Source of the DNA: Octopus vulgaris
Lineage: Eukaryota
Length of the DNA stretch: 64,000 nucleotides
Reading direction: 5' to 3'
Assembly: GCA_951406725.2 (NCBI GenBank)
Contig: OX597814.1
Coordinates: forward strand, 85,746,001-85,810,000
The position numbers and the translations under genes are program-made. This document shows, in pieces, positions 1 to 12,159 of this stretch. The notes under the pieces were generated by a model. That model was not told the DNA's origin. It did no database searches and worked only from the letters and a program-made list of their open reading frames with translations. Within the stretch, counting starts at the first letter, position 1, and every line of letters starts with the position of its first letter.

Positions 1-64
1 CAGTGTAGGAATTTACGATGTAATTATTCTTTTTCATTTCAGGTGCCATTTGCGAAGAGTAACC

Positions 65-420
65 ATTCCACGCACAAAAAATTCTGCACAACTGTCAGAT
101 TTTCAAAGAGGTCGTATTGTTGGGCAATCTTAGGCAGCGAAAAATTGCCGAAAATCTTAAAATTCCTCTGGCTACTGTTAATAGAATTATAGTGCAATTC
201 AAAAGCTAAGGAAAAGAATCAACAGATTCTCCTCCCAGCCGACCTGGGCCCTCGGAAAGGGAGCTTCGCTGTTTTAAGAGAATTGTGAAAAACGAACCCC
301 GTTCGAAGGATTCTGACATGGCAAAACAGCTAGAAGTTAGTCCAAGAACGTGTGTTACATATCTGCATAAGCTTGGACGAGCATCTAGAAGAGAATCTCT
401 CCTTCAACCAATTAAAATCA
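65..420 (+). mobile_element. Tc1-like transposase N-terminal fragment (pseudogene)
   Basis: Manual translation across a stop and frameshift gives PRTKNSAQLSDFQRGRIVGQS*..RKIAENLKIPLATVNRIIVQF..SRPGPSERELRCFKRIVKNEPR..MAKQLEVSPRTCVTYLHKLG, which resembles the Tc1 paired-like HTH region. No catalytic domain is seen. Confidence 0.75.
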
Positions 421-689
421 AATAAGAAATTTTTGAAAATTAAATTTCTTTCCTGCATGCCTGTGTATATGATGTTGATCATCGCCTCATCCTGTCAGAA
501 GACAGCCGTTTCACATTCACCCTGGCTGTTCTGATTTACTTTCATCCTTACATGTGCGCGGATATCCCTTGCCATAGGACGTATGAAATACAAAACAGAT
601 CAAGAAATGAAATGATGGTGAAACATCGGTACGTCATTGGACTTAAATGACAAAAGTTTGTGCAACACTCTTTCCACTCTCTCGGTTGC

Positions 690-1060
690 TGTAGCAGTAT
701 AAGATACTGCTTGAAGAAACTTTAGTCGAATGAATCGACCCAGTACTATCGTTCTCTTTTTGCCGAACCGCTAGGTTACGGGGACGTGCACGCACCGACA
801 CCGATTGCCAAGCGGTACTCGGGGTCAAACACAGACACAAGCACACATACGCGCACACACATACACACACACACATGTATGTGTATGTATATACGACAAG
901 CTTCTTTCAGTTTCCGTCTACCAAATCTACTGACAAGGCTTTGGTCGGCTCCAGGCAATAGTAGAGGATACTTGTCCAAGGTGCCACGCAGTGAGACTGA
1001 ACTGCCAGAACCATGTGATCGGGAAGCAAGATTCTTTATCACACAGTCATGTCTGCGCCT
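690..1060 (-). mobile_element. tRNA-derived SINE, family A (internal CA/TA microsatellite)
   Basis: Matches copies at 41793-42225 and 53186-53639 (gcttctttcagtttccgtctaccaaat...caaggtgccacgcagtg). Confidence 0.85.
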
Positions 1061-1163
1061 TTATATAAACTGCAAACAGCTTCTGCCTGCAGTCACGAAT
1101 TGTCCAGCGCGAAATGCAGCCTCGAGTGCAGCTCAGAGTAGACTGTCAATTTTTCCTATAATA

Positions 1164-2393
1164 GGAGGGGCGTTCAATAAGTAATGCCCCTGACCCACTT
1201 GCAGTTGTTTGATCTAGCTGAAATTTTGCATGTGCACTGAACTAATTGTGGTTTATGATTTACAGGTGTTTGAACTGAGTCAAGTGTGAAATGGAGCCTG
1301 TTGAGTGTCGAGCAGTGATCTGGTTTTTGTATTTGAAAGGACGCACACCACGGGAGACTTTTGATGAAATGAAAGTAACTTATGGTGATGATGCCCCATC
1401 ATATGACCTTGTAAAACGCTGGCATTGTGAATTCAAACATAGTCGGAACTCTGTGGAAACAGCTCCCAGATCTGGTCGCCCCCTTCTGCCATTGATGAGA
1501 CGTCTGTCCGTCAAGTTGAGGCTGACATTTTGGAAGGTCAACGCATAACTATTCGCCAAATAGCCCATAAGGTCAAGATTAGTACCGGGTCTGTGGAAAC
1601 TATCATTCATGACCATTTGCATATGCAAAAGGTGTCTGCCAGATGGATTTCCAGGTTGCTCACACCTTTCCAGAAGCAAGAACGCGTTGAGTGCTCGAGG
1701 ATGAATTTGGAGATGTGCCAAGAAGATGAGTCAAAATTTTTCAAAAGACTGATTACACAGGATAAAACCTGGGTCCATCACTATGATCCATAGACCAAAG
1801 CCCAGTCAATGCAGTGAAAGCACCTTGACTCACCTCCTCCAAAGAAGGCAAGGGTGCAGCCCTCCGCTGACAAGGTTATGCTCACAGTCTTCTGGGACCA
1901 GGACGGAGTAGTGATGACAGATTTCCTGGCAAAGGGTACCACAATTACAGGAGCCTATTATGCTTCACTTTTGAGGAAATTAAGAGAAGCTACCAAAATC
2001 AAGAGGCGCGGCAAGATCAGCAAAGGCATCCTCCTCCTGCAGGACAACGCTCCGGTCCACAACTCGCGTGTCGCCAGATCAGAAGCACAGGCGTGCAGCT
2101 ATGAACTCCTCCCCTTGCACCCTCTGATTTTCACCTCTTCCTAGCCATGAAGTTGATTTTGAAAGGAAAGCGTTTCCCAGATGATGCAGCCTTGATTTCT
2201 GAAGTCACGTCGTGGTTGGAGTACCAAGCTGGGGTCTTCTACAAAAACGGTCTCCAGAGCTGTATCAAACGATGGGAGAAATGCATAACTCTGGGTAGTT
2301 CCTATGTAGGAAAAGACTAATAACTGTGCCAAGTGTCGTTGCTCTACTGCTATGGGAAGTGGGTCAGGGGCATTACTTATTGAACGCCCCTCG
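1164..2393 (+). mobile_element. Full-length mariner element, 1230 bp, ~37-bp TIRs, TA target duplication
   Basis: Left TIR ggaggggcgttcaataagtaatgcccctgacccactt (1164-1200) is the inverse of 2357-2393 with one terminal mismatch. TA lies at 1162-63 and 2394-95. Confidence 0.95.
1291..2320 (+). pseudogene. Mariner (DDD-type) transposase, disrupted by frameshifts and stops
   Basis: ORFs 1291-1548, 1530-1793 and 1854-2144 give RAVIWFL..PRSGRP, KVSARWISRLL (WVPHEL-like), ITQDKTWVHHYDP and LLQDNAPVH. LAPSDFHLF follows a deletion of the YSPD motif. Confidence 0.93.
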
Positions 2394-2439
2394 TAAGCAA
2401 GTCAGTTTTACTCTTCCCAGCGTATTGATAACTACATAA

Positions 2440-2590
2440 ATCATATTTCAATTTCGGCCGAGGTTGACCTTGCCTTTCATCCTTTGGGAGTCGACAAAAG
2501 TTCATACCAGTTGAGCACTGGGGGCCGTTATAATCGACTATCCTCCTCCCATGAAATTCCTGCCGTTGTGCGAAAATTTGAATCCAGTAT
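2440..2590 (+). mobile_element. SINE family B fragment
   Basis: gaggttgaccttgcctttcatccttt...accagttgagcactgggg matches the copy at 29978-30211. Confidence 0.75.
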
Positions 2591-2844
2591 ACTTTACAAC
2601 TCCTACGCTACGATATGCACGGATTTGTCTGCGCGCGAGCGTGTATGCCTATTTGTATTTGCATTTAACAGTTTGACCTCCACTGTTCGTTTCCTTACAT
2701 TCTCTTAACTTACAGACTGATAGAATAAGTACTAAACTTTAAAACTATAAGTACTAAGGCCGATCTGATTGGCTAAACACCTCAAGGTGGTGCTCAAACA
2801 TGGTTATAGCGCACTGGCTGAAACAAGTTCAAGAATAGAGAAAT

Positions 2845-3140
2845 ATGCTTGTGAGTGGATTAGGTAGACGGAAACTGAAAGAAGCCCGTCGTATATCTGT
2901 GTGTGTGTATATATATATACATATATATCTATGAGTGTGTGTGTCTTTGTATCTGTGTTTGTTTCCCCACCACTGCTTGATAACCGACGTTGGTGTGTTT
3001 ACGTCCCCGTAACTTAGTGGTTCCACAAAAGAGAACCGATAGTCTAGACTTTAAAATAAGTACTAGGGTCGATTCATTCGACTACAAAAAAAAAATTCCA
3101 AGACAGTGCCCCAGTATGGCCGCAGTCTACGGACTGACAT
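2845..3140 (+). mobile_element. SINE family A, 5'-truncated
   Basis: ttgtgagtggattaggtagacggaaactgaaagaagcccgtcgtatat...ccagtatggccgcagtc matches 41900-42225. Confidence 0.85.
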
Positions 3141-3175
3141 AACTAAAATATAAAAGATAAAGATACATACATACA

Positions 3176-3238
<63 letters not shown>

Positions 3239-3614
3239 CATACATACATACATACATACATACATACATACATGCATGAATGTATGGATACATAGTTACA
3301 TATACACATATATTATGAGATTTAAATCAACATTGCACAACCAATAACCAGTTTTCAGAACTCGATGTGTATTGCTGTATATCCATCCAAAAGGAAACTG
3401 TAGGGAGGACTTCTGTTACAGTCCCAGTTTTATTTGGCTGGACTCTACAATTAGATTGGTCGCAAAGTTCATACAGAAAGTGAAACAAAATAAGAGATCT
3501 TCCTCATGAAATATTTATTTTATGTCGTCTTACGAACATTTCAGAAACAATGAAAAATACTTGTTATAAGCCGATTGCATTGTCAATTCTTCAGATTTTA
3601 AGTAGTCCTACAGT

Positions 3615-4175
3615 CGTTGAACTCAGAAAGTTTGGATGGACTAAGTGCCGCAAAGCATTTTCCCGGCGTTCTAACAATTTTGCCAGCTTGCCACCTTTAC
3701 ATTCATGTTAATATATTAAATTTCATTCGTTTGTATGTTCTGAGTTCAAATTCTCCCGAGATCGACCTTGCTTTCATCCTTTCAAGGTCGATAAAATAAG
3801 TACCACTTGAGCACAGGGGTCGAGGTACTCGACTTACCTCCTCCCTCGAAATTGCTGGCTTTGTGCCAAAATTTAAAACCAATATTAATATTTATAATAT
3901 TCCGCCGGGTTGAACATTGCTTTCATCCTTTCAAGGTCGATAAAATAAGTACCACTTGAGCACAGGGGTCGAGGTACTCAACTTACCTCCTCCCTCGAAA
4001 TTGCTGTCTTTGTGCCAAAATTTAAAACCAATATTAATATTTATAATATTCCGCCGGGTTGAACATCTTTTCGGGGTCAATGAAATAAGCACCAGCTGAT
4101 CACTTGGGTCGGTGTAATCGACTTATCCCTCCTCCTAAATTGCTGACCTTGTGCCAAAACTTGAAACCAATATTT
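3615..4175 (+). mobile_element. SINE family B cluster with 149-bp tandem duplication of the SINE body
   Basis: ttgctttcatcctttcaaggtcgataaaataagtaccacttgagcacagggg starts at 3768 and again at 3917. A third diverged copy starts near 4066, and an inverted head fragment lies at 3615-3695. Confidence 0.85.
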
Positions 4176-4245
4176 ATATTCATCAAATGTGTTGAAACGA
4201 GCGTAATTAAAGAACTCAATGCAACACCATAAATAGCAATCTCTG

Positions 4246-4285
<40 letters not shown>

Positions 4286-4319
4286 TAATATAATATAATA
4301 TAATATAATATAATATAAT

Positions 4320-4340
4320 ATAATATAATATAAAATACGT

Positions 4341-4373
<33 letters not shown>

Positions 4374-4576
4374 GTGTCTTAAGGATCTCGGGCATCCTCC
4401 ATCCGATTGCGCCCAAATTTGATGTGGAGAAACCGACGGTATCAGGGTGTATATAAGTCTTGTAAAAATTACAAAAATCGATTCCAGGTGAGAATGCGAT
4501 CGATAAAGCCGTGGGAACGTGCATTTGTATGCGCAAATACATCAGCACCGTCCATTGGACGGGGGGCGTTTTGCTC

Positions 4577-4577
<1 letters not shown>
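4320..4577 (+). mobile_element. Non-autonomous Helitron-like element
   Basis: 5' tataataaaa + (tgtc)n microsatellite + ccgatt..aaattt motif. 3' hairpin ccgtcca-t-tggacgg (4548-4562) lies ~11 nt before a CTCG|T end (CTRR variant). Confidence 0.6.
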
Positions 4578-4624
<47 letters not shown>

Positions 4625-4627
4625 ATG

Positions 4628-4674
<47 letters not shown>

Positions 4675-4681
4675 GTATATG

Positions 4682-4740
<59 letters not shown>

Positions 4741-4979
4741 ATGTACATTTATATATGCGCGCGCGCGCGTGTGTGTTTGTGTATACGCAGCACCAGCATT
4801 GCCGACAACACCATTTCATTTCCATCAGTAACAGCATTGTCAATTAATACAATTACATACCACTTCATCAAATTTGGCAATGTGATTTGATAATTATTAA
4901 CAATAGCAACATTACCAGAAGTAACAATAATATCAGCAACCTCATCACCTGCAACTGCAGAGCATCAATAAGAGTAACA

Positions 4980-5838
4980 GCAACAGATTAAGCGGTAATA
5001 GCAACATTAGTGGCAAATTTACCAATAGCAACATTGTCCACTTCAACACGCAGCATCAGCATCAGTATCAGTATCAGTATCAGTAGTAGCACAAGCAACA
5101 ACAATAGCAACTGTAGCAATTCAGTGGACAGCATTCGCAACAGCAGGTGCACAGTCAGTTGTAAGAGAATGAAGAAGAATAGCAACAGCAGTAAGAGGGA
5201 CATTGGCGTGTTAAAAATAATGGCGACATTAGCAATATTAACATTAGGAGGAGGAGGAGGAGGAGGAGGAGGAGGAAGGAGAAGAAGAAGAAGAAGAAGA
5301 AGAAGAAGAAGAAGGAGGAGGAGGAGGAGGAGGAGGAAGCGGAGGAAACGAAGAAGAAGAAGAAGAAGAAGAAGAAGAAGAAGAAGGAGGAAGAGGCGAA
5401 GGAAACGAAGAAGAAGAAGGAGGAGGAGGACAAAGAAGAAGAAGAAGTTGCGGAATGATGATGATGAGGAGGAGGAAGAGGGTAGTGGTGAAGAAGTAGA
5501 GGGTTTTTAGAAGCGGAGATAGAAGGCGGAGAGAAGAGACATGTAGAATACATTATGGAACAATAAGGTGGCGGGAGAGTCGTATTAACGAGAACAGAAG
5601 GGTTAAACAATATTAAAGTTTACAGGAAATATTTCGGGGGGGGGGGGGTCTTTGTATATTAGGCTTTTTTTTTAACATATCTGTTCCCAGTTCCTCATCA
5701 GGAGCAGTAGCAACAACAACAACACTAGCATCACCTACATCATCTGCAGCAGCAAGCAACACCCCCAGCAGCAGTATCACCAACAGCATCGTCATCACCA
5801 CCACCATCACCAACATTATAATCCCACCACGCAGTCAT

Positions 5839-5907
<69 letters not shown>

Positions 5908-6474
5908 TATCATCATCACCACCATCATTATCACCACCATTACCGTCATTAGCATCATCATTATCACCACCATGACCCATTGTCACTTCACCCTCATGCC
6001 ACATCCAACCGGTATAATCCTCATCACCCCATCATCACTATCGTCATCACTAAAATCATCATCATCATCATTGAAAATTATCACCATCGCCACCACTACC
6101 ATTGTTGCTGATGTCATCATAATCCTCATCATCAAAACCATCATCCTCTTCCTCAACATCATCATCAAAATTATCAAAATCGTCATCATTTTCGTCACCA
6201 TCATCACCATCTTCCACCTCCTCCTCTCTCTCCTCCCCTTCCTCCTCCCCTTCCTCCTCCCCTTCCTCCTCCCCTCCTCATCTTCTTCATCAGCATCAGT
6301 GCCATTATCGTCGTCGCTGTTGTCATCGTCATTACTATTACCATCATCACCATTACCGTCATCACAATCAGCATGATCCTCAACATGTTTTCATCATTAC
6401 TACTCCACGTCATCTCCTTGTACTGACCCCTTGCTTAACTCCCTTTTCCTCCGTTCTCTCTCTCTCTCTCTTTC

Positions 6475-6542
<68 letters not shown>

Positions 6543-7123
6543 ATTTTTTTTTTATTCTGCGAGTTCTTTCTGCAAGAATCTCCGTTGAAACTCTCGATTT
6601 CTCAAGAGACAATGAAAGTGTCAAGTGTTACTCTATTATAAATGACATTCTAGAAATAGAACATCACACAACACAAGCACACACATATATAGACATGCAA
6701 ACACAGAAACAACACACCCATACTCCCTCTCTCGCTCTGTTTTTCGCCCTTCAAAAAAAAAATAAGCGTAAGAAGAAAAAATGGAAAAGAAAAAGCAGGA
6801 AATAAAAAGGATGACAGAAAGAAACTTAACAGAATGAAAAATTACCTGCACGAATATTTTAGGCAGAATTTCATGTTTGTATGGATGTATGTGTTGTGTT
6901 TCTATGCGTATGTATGTATGTATGTATGTATGTATGTATGTATGTATGTATGTATGTATGTATGTATGTATGTATGTATGTATGTATATATATGTGTGTG
7001 TGTATGTATGAATGTATGTTGGTAGGTAGATAGGTAGGTAGGTAGGTAGGTAGGTAGGTAGGTAGGTAGGTAGGTAGGTAGGAAGGTAGGTAGACAAGTA
7101 AGTCGGTAGGTAGGTAAGTATAG

Positions 7124-7206
<83 letters not shown>

Positions 7207-7400
7207 CGCTCACACAGTAGTGATTAGAATAAATATTTGCTTTGTAAATATATCGAAATTATTCTTGGGAAAAGTTTAACAAAGAACACAATCAACATTT
7301 TGTGGGCGATGGGTTGTGTGTGTGTGTGTGTGTATGGGAGTGAGTGTGTGTGTATGAGAGTGTGTGCGTGTGTATGTGTGTATGTATGTGTGTGTGTGCG
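4980..7400. repeat. Compound microsatellite / low-complexity field: (CAG)n-like, (GGA)n, (GAA)n, (CAT)n, (CT)n, (TATG)n, (TAGG)n, (GATA)n
   Basis: Directly visible tandem repeats. Confidence 0.95.
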
Positions 7401-7439
7401 TGTGTGCGAGTGTGTGTACGCCCGCAAAGAAATCCGACT

Positions 7440-9010
7440 GCTAATCCTGTTTTATCGATTATCTACTCACGATCAGAATGTGCACAGAAGATGCCATTCC
7501 AGTCTCTTACTAGTACTAAGATTGCGGTTTCCCAGGAAAGACTCTAGACGTCTAAAGAAATCTGTCGAACTCACTCCTCTCACGTCGTTGACAGATACAA
7601 TTCCGTAGGTAAGTCCTTAGCTGCTGGTTGCTTCCAGTACCACCGATTTACTCTCTGTCTTGAAAGTTAGTTCTTATAAAGAGATTCATAACCTGAAATA
7701 TCACGGCAACTCTACCTCCTGATCTCGGTAGACTTAGAGATATATAGAACTTGTCGCTTCCGAAAAACTTGTCGCTTAGAAATTCTGGTTTCTTTGATTG
7801 CTACCACATCTATGTCTGAGGATCCGAAGTCGTTGAGGAGGCGGCTTTTCCCACCTATTTTGAAAAAAACTCAGCTGGATGAAAGAAGGGAAAGTACGAA
7901 GGATCACGAACCTTATTCCCATGGAAGAAAATGGGATCTATCCTTCCCGTTAGTTGTGGCTATTTCCACCAGTAAATTTATATACATCCCTTTGCGTATT
8001 GTCCTTCGAACATCTCCCATTGTATCATGATATTTTGCTTTTAGTTTCTTATGTGGTTTTTGCGGATTTGTATGTGTACTTGTGTGTTATTTGTTGGTGA
8101 GATGTAGTCGTTGTGGAAAATGTTTGCATGTTGATGAATGTGGTTCATTAATACTTTGTTATTTGTGTATATGACCGTGTAGTTTATAAAGTTTATGTTC
8201 ATGTTCCTGTTGGTATGGTTGCACGCTGTTGCTAATATCATAGTTGTTATTTTTGTGGTTTCGGGTGGGGGGGAGCTGGTGCATTTGAAGTTGTGGGGGT
8301 TGCTATACTTTCTCTTTTTGTAATGGATAAAGGGCTTTCAGGTGGTTGACATCACCACATATATGACAATTGGGTCTTCTGTACTCCACCTTGATATTGG
8401 AATTCTACCCACTTGGAAACTGACTTAGACCCATGATTCCTTGTCACATTCCAGACCATTTCTCCTACCTTTAGGAGAGTGTCCCCTCCAGGATCACAAA
8501 GGCTACAACTCACAAGATGTCCAGTTCCTCTGGTGGCATGCCGTACATCTTTACCCTCACTATCTTCAAAGATAAATAGAAATGAGGACAAATTGCTTAC
8601 TCTTACAGTGGACAACATAATACTTTACAGTGAGGGCCTCGCTGAGGTATTGTGCTTCGACAGCACCGACTTGTTGGGGTCTAGTTACAAAGTTTGTACT
8701 CACCCATATTTCTTGCATGTCTGGCCATTTCCATACGTGGTGATATTTTCGATCTTACTTTTTCTGATCTTATTACTGTTTTTATTATCGATACCTGTTG
8801 TGATGGAATTTGACATGTTGTTGTTTGATGTCACTGCTCTTCTCGATCATCGCATCCGCAGCGATGAAACTTTTAAATCTTTGTAAATTGAGGATGATGG
8901 AATCTTCGGTGAGATTGACGAAGAGAGACTCAGAGGTTGGTTCCACCCCTTATCAAAATCACCTCCCACTTCTACCTCCAGCTGACTAGCTGTTAAAGAT
9001 GTCGCCATAT
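7440..9010 (-). mobile_element. Degenerate Tx1/L1-like LINE 5' fragment (ORF1 with zinc knuckle plus APE endonuclease start)
   Basis: Manual minus-strand translation gives IVRVKMYGMPPEELD and IKVEYRRPNCHICGDVNHLKALYP (CX2CX4H knuckle), then LLNDFGSSDIDVVAIKETRI, GRVAVIF and DFFRRLESFLG..LVLVRDWNG (APE motifs). Many stops and frameshifts. Confidence 0.75.
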
Positions 9011-9479
9011 TCGTCTTCATTAAAAGAAAATTTAGAATTCTTATTAAAGTGGGTTATAATTTTTATTGAAAATCTGAAGAGATGTCCTTAACATATGTTT
9101 TAAGAGCACTGGTAACACAGAAGTAAACAGAATTGACTTTTGATATATCCAATAACGCTAAACTGATATATGTAGTGGCTATTAAAGCACTGAGTCCGTG
9201 GATGATTAATGGGTTAGATGGGTGCTGATGAAGGAGCAAAAACTCTCCAAATTTGGCATATACACCCATTACCCATTTTTTAAATTTTCAGTCTCATTGT
9301 TTATATCTGGCGTCTCAGATACGAAATGTCGTAACAAAAATCAGTGCTGGTTATTATCTTTATGGAAAATCTGTAGAGATATACTTAACACGTGATACAT
9401 ACATACATACATACATACATACATACATACATACATGCATGCATGCATGCATGCATACATACATACATACATACATACA

Positions 9480-9515
<36 letters not shown>

Positions 9516-9519
9516 TGTA

Positions 9520-9551
<32 letters not shown>

Positions 9552-9669
9552 GATCCTTTCTGTTGAAGAGCTCGAAACGTCAAAGTCTTCCATTCTTTCC
9601 AAGCATTAAGCTAATACACCAGCTCGTTATCCCTGCACCTGTTTTTATCTATTGTTTTCTGTATATTTG

Positions 9670-9672
<3 letters not shown>
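9552..9672 (+). mobile_element. Short Penelope-like tail in (TA)n with ultra-minimal HHR-like motif
   Basis: cttt CTGTTGA A GAGCTC GAAA CG TC aaag (9556-9585). The core has an A6->T change. Flanked by (TA)n on both sides. Confidence 0.5.
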
Positions 9673-9722
<50 letters not shown>

Positions 9723-9725
<3 letters not shown>

Positions 9726-11152
9726 TATTATAATCTTATTATAATCTTATTATAAAAGGCAGATTTTATCTGCCTCCCTTTGTCTCTTATAGAAATCTAC
9801 AATATAGGATTTCTTCAATTACAATTTACCTAGCATTTTTAAGAGTAGAATAAATCGGGTCGTGCCAGGTCCAGTTTTTAAAATTTCAACCCCAATTAAG
9901 CAAAATTTAGAGAAAACTCACATTGTGGTGTGTGAGTCAAGTGCTTTTCTTAGTGTGGGCTATAGCACACGCACACACACACACACAAAAAGGGAGCGAT
10001 CTGATTCACTCACGCTATCACTCTAATTTCTACGACTTTCTCTTTGCAAGTTTGCAACGATTAAAGTGAAACTATTTCGATAAAACGAGAGAAGTGTACC
10101 TTAAACCACTACTAAAAAAAAAGACAGCAAACAGAAACAAATAAATACATAACGATTTACTCCTCACACAATTTCTTCAATTAGAGTTTACCCATGATTT
10201 TTCAAAGTACTTTCATTGGGTCATGCCATACAAAATTTCTTTCAATTTTACACCCAATTAAGACAAAATTCGAGAAAACTCAATATTTTAACATTTCACT
10301 CCGAAAGCATTGATGTACATGTGTGCGTGCGTGAGTGTGTGTGTGTCATTCCTCACACACACGCATACACATACATATATGACAGTGACAAACACAAACG
10401 TTTCAAACAACTACATACAAACACGTGTGTGTTTGTTATTAGTAAAAAAGGCGCCAAAACACAACTCACTTCTCATTCCAACACATTTGCAAAGACACAC
10501 GGACGGTCAAATTGCTATAACAATACAGAAAAGGTAAATTGGTTTTTATTTTACTTTCTGTCGTTAAATTTTGGTAGTATTAATTGGCGAGCCGAGCTTG
10601 CAGTATGAAACAGTGTTTATGTATAAACAGACGACACTTATATATAGTTATTAATAAATGTATGCATCCGTTTAAAAGAAAAAACCAAAAAATATTTTAT
10701 TCTTTATAAATGTTGTGTTCAAAATAACATTTTCTTTTAAGAATGTGTATATAACAAAGTATGTGTATATAACTACGTGGCTTATATCTTTATATATAAA
10801 AGTGAAGTTGTGTGTCTGTCTCCTACGATTTAGATTCCTAACTACTCCCACATTATAGTCGTGATTCATATCGAGCCCTTCTGGGTATTAGCGCGCGTCT
10901 ACGATGAGTCTACGATTTTAAAAAAAATTACCATCATATTTTTCCATTTTAATGCATTTTTTTCGCTATTATATAAGGGAAGTAACTCTCTAAAATTATC
11001 TACGATGTGTCAACGATTTAAAAAAAAAATTTACCTTAATTTTTTTTCCATTTTTAATGCATTTTTTTGCTATTTTTTGGCTATAACTCTCTAAAAATGC
11101 TTATATAGTTATTTCCCTTACAAACCCGAGCAACGCCGGGCGATACTGCTAG
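9723..11152 (+). mobile_element. Composite non-autonomous Helitron (outer 5' end at 9723, inner 5' end at 10787, shared 3' end)
   Basis: A|TC starts at 9723 (triplicated tcttattataa) and 10787 (tctttatatataaaagtgaagttg). 3' hairpin cccgagcaacgccggg precedes CTAG|T at 11149-11153. The same termini occur inverted at 50210-51059. Confidence 0.75.
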
Positions 11153-11211
11153 TATGTATATATACATATATATATATTTATATATGTATATATATAAATA
11201 CGTATATATAT

Positions 11212-11268
<57 letters not shown>

Positions 11269-11482
11269 CAATAATAATTCTCTAAAAGAGATATAGACAG
11301 TAACTGCTCGATAACATAAGGGACTAAAGCCATCTGAATATGGCTAGGGACAGGGCAGGGTGGTGGGGGTGTTACTGTTGCATTTAGCCCCAGGCGAACA
11401 TCGACGTCACCAGAAAGGCTAGACACCGTCACGGTGTCCTTATCCTGCAAAGGGAGGTAATTCCCCGATGAAGCGGAAACCA

Positions 11483-11528
11483 CACACGGACCATGGTTTC
11501 AAGGTGTATTGCCTATCGTCGGCGTGTG
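11483..11528 (-). ncRNA. Type I hammerhead ribozyme motif (variant core), minus-strand copy
   Basis: Reverse complement of 11891-11936. Confidence 0.7.
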
Positions 11529-11890
11529 GTAGGCTTCCGCTTCCTCGACGAATTCTCACTCTGCAGGATATTCATATATAGATTTTCAAGCAAAATACAT
11601 TTGCTGATTTCGAAAATCTGTTCGAAAGCAATAATAATTCTCTAAAAGAGATATAGACAGTAACTGCTCGATAACATAAGGGACTAAAGCCATCTGAATA
11701 TGGCTAGGGACAGGGCAGGTTGGTGGGGGTGTTACTGTTGCATTTAGCCCCAGGCGAACATCGACGTCACCAGAAAGAGAATTATTATTGCTTTCGAACA
11801 GATTTTCGAAATCAGCAAATGTATTTTGCTTGAAAATCTATATATGAATATCCTGCAGAGTGAGAATTCGTCGAGGAAGCGGAAGCCTAC

Positions 11891-11936
11891 CACACGCCGA
11901 CGATAGGCAATACACCTTGAAACCATGGTCCGTGTG
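11891..11936 (+). ncRNA. Type I hammerhead ribozyme motif (variant core CCGACGA)
   Basis: cacacg CCGACGA T AGG caataca CCT T GAAA CCATGG TC cgtgtg: stem I cacacg/cgtgtg, palindromic stem III ACCATGGT, GUC site. Confidence 0.7.
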
Positions 11937-12159
11937 TGGTTTCCGCTTCATCGGGGAATTACCTCCCTTTGCAGGATAAGGACACCGTGACGGTGTCTAG
12001 CCTTTCTGGTGATGACGTCGATGTTCGCCTGGGGCTAAATGCAACAGTAACACCCCCACCACCCTGCCCTGTCCCTAGCCATATTCAGATGGCTTTAGTC
12101 CCTTATGTTATATATATATATATATATATATATGTATACACACACACATATATATACCA

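Larger units (their letters stand above)
11268..12111. mobile_element. Retrozyme-like element: 360-bp monomer x1.4 (minus sense) plus inverted copy (plus sense), inserted in (TA)n
   Basis: The unit starts at 11268 and 11628. The inverted copy spans 11776-12111 and is near-identical. No meaningful ORF; contains an HHR motif. Confidence 0.85.

Noticed and set aside
3768-4175. CRISPR-like or satellite array
   Set aside because: 149-bp duplications of a SINE body with no unique spacers, in eukaryotic context.
4988-6624. Long ORFs with poly-R/G/S/M/D runs
   Set aside because: They are translations of trinucleotide microsatellites, open in several frames and on both strands, with no domain or splice support.
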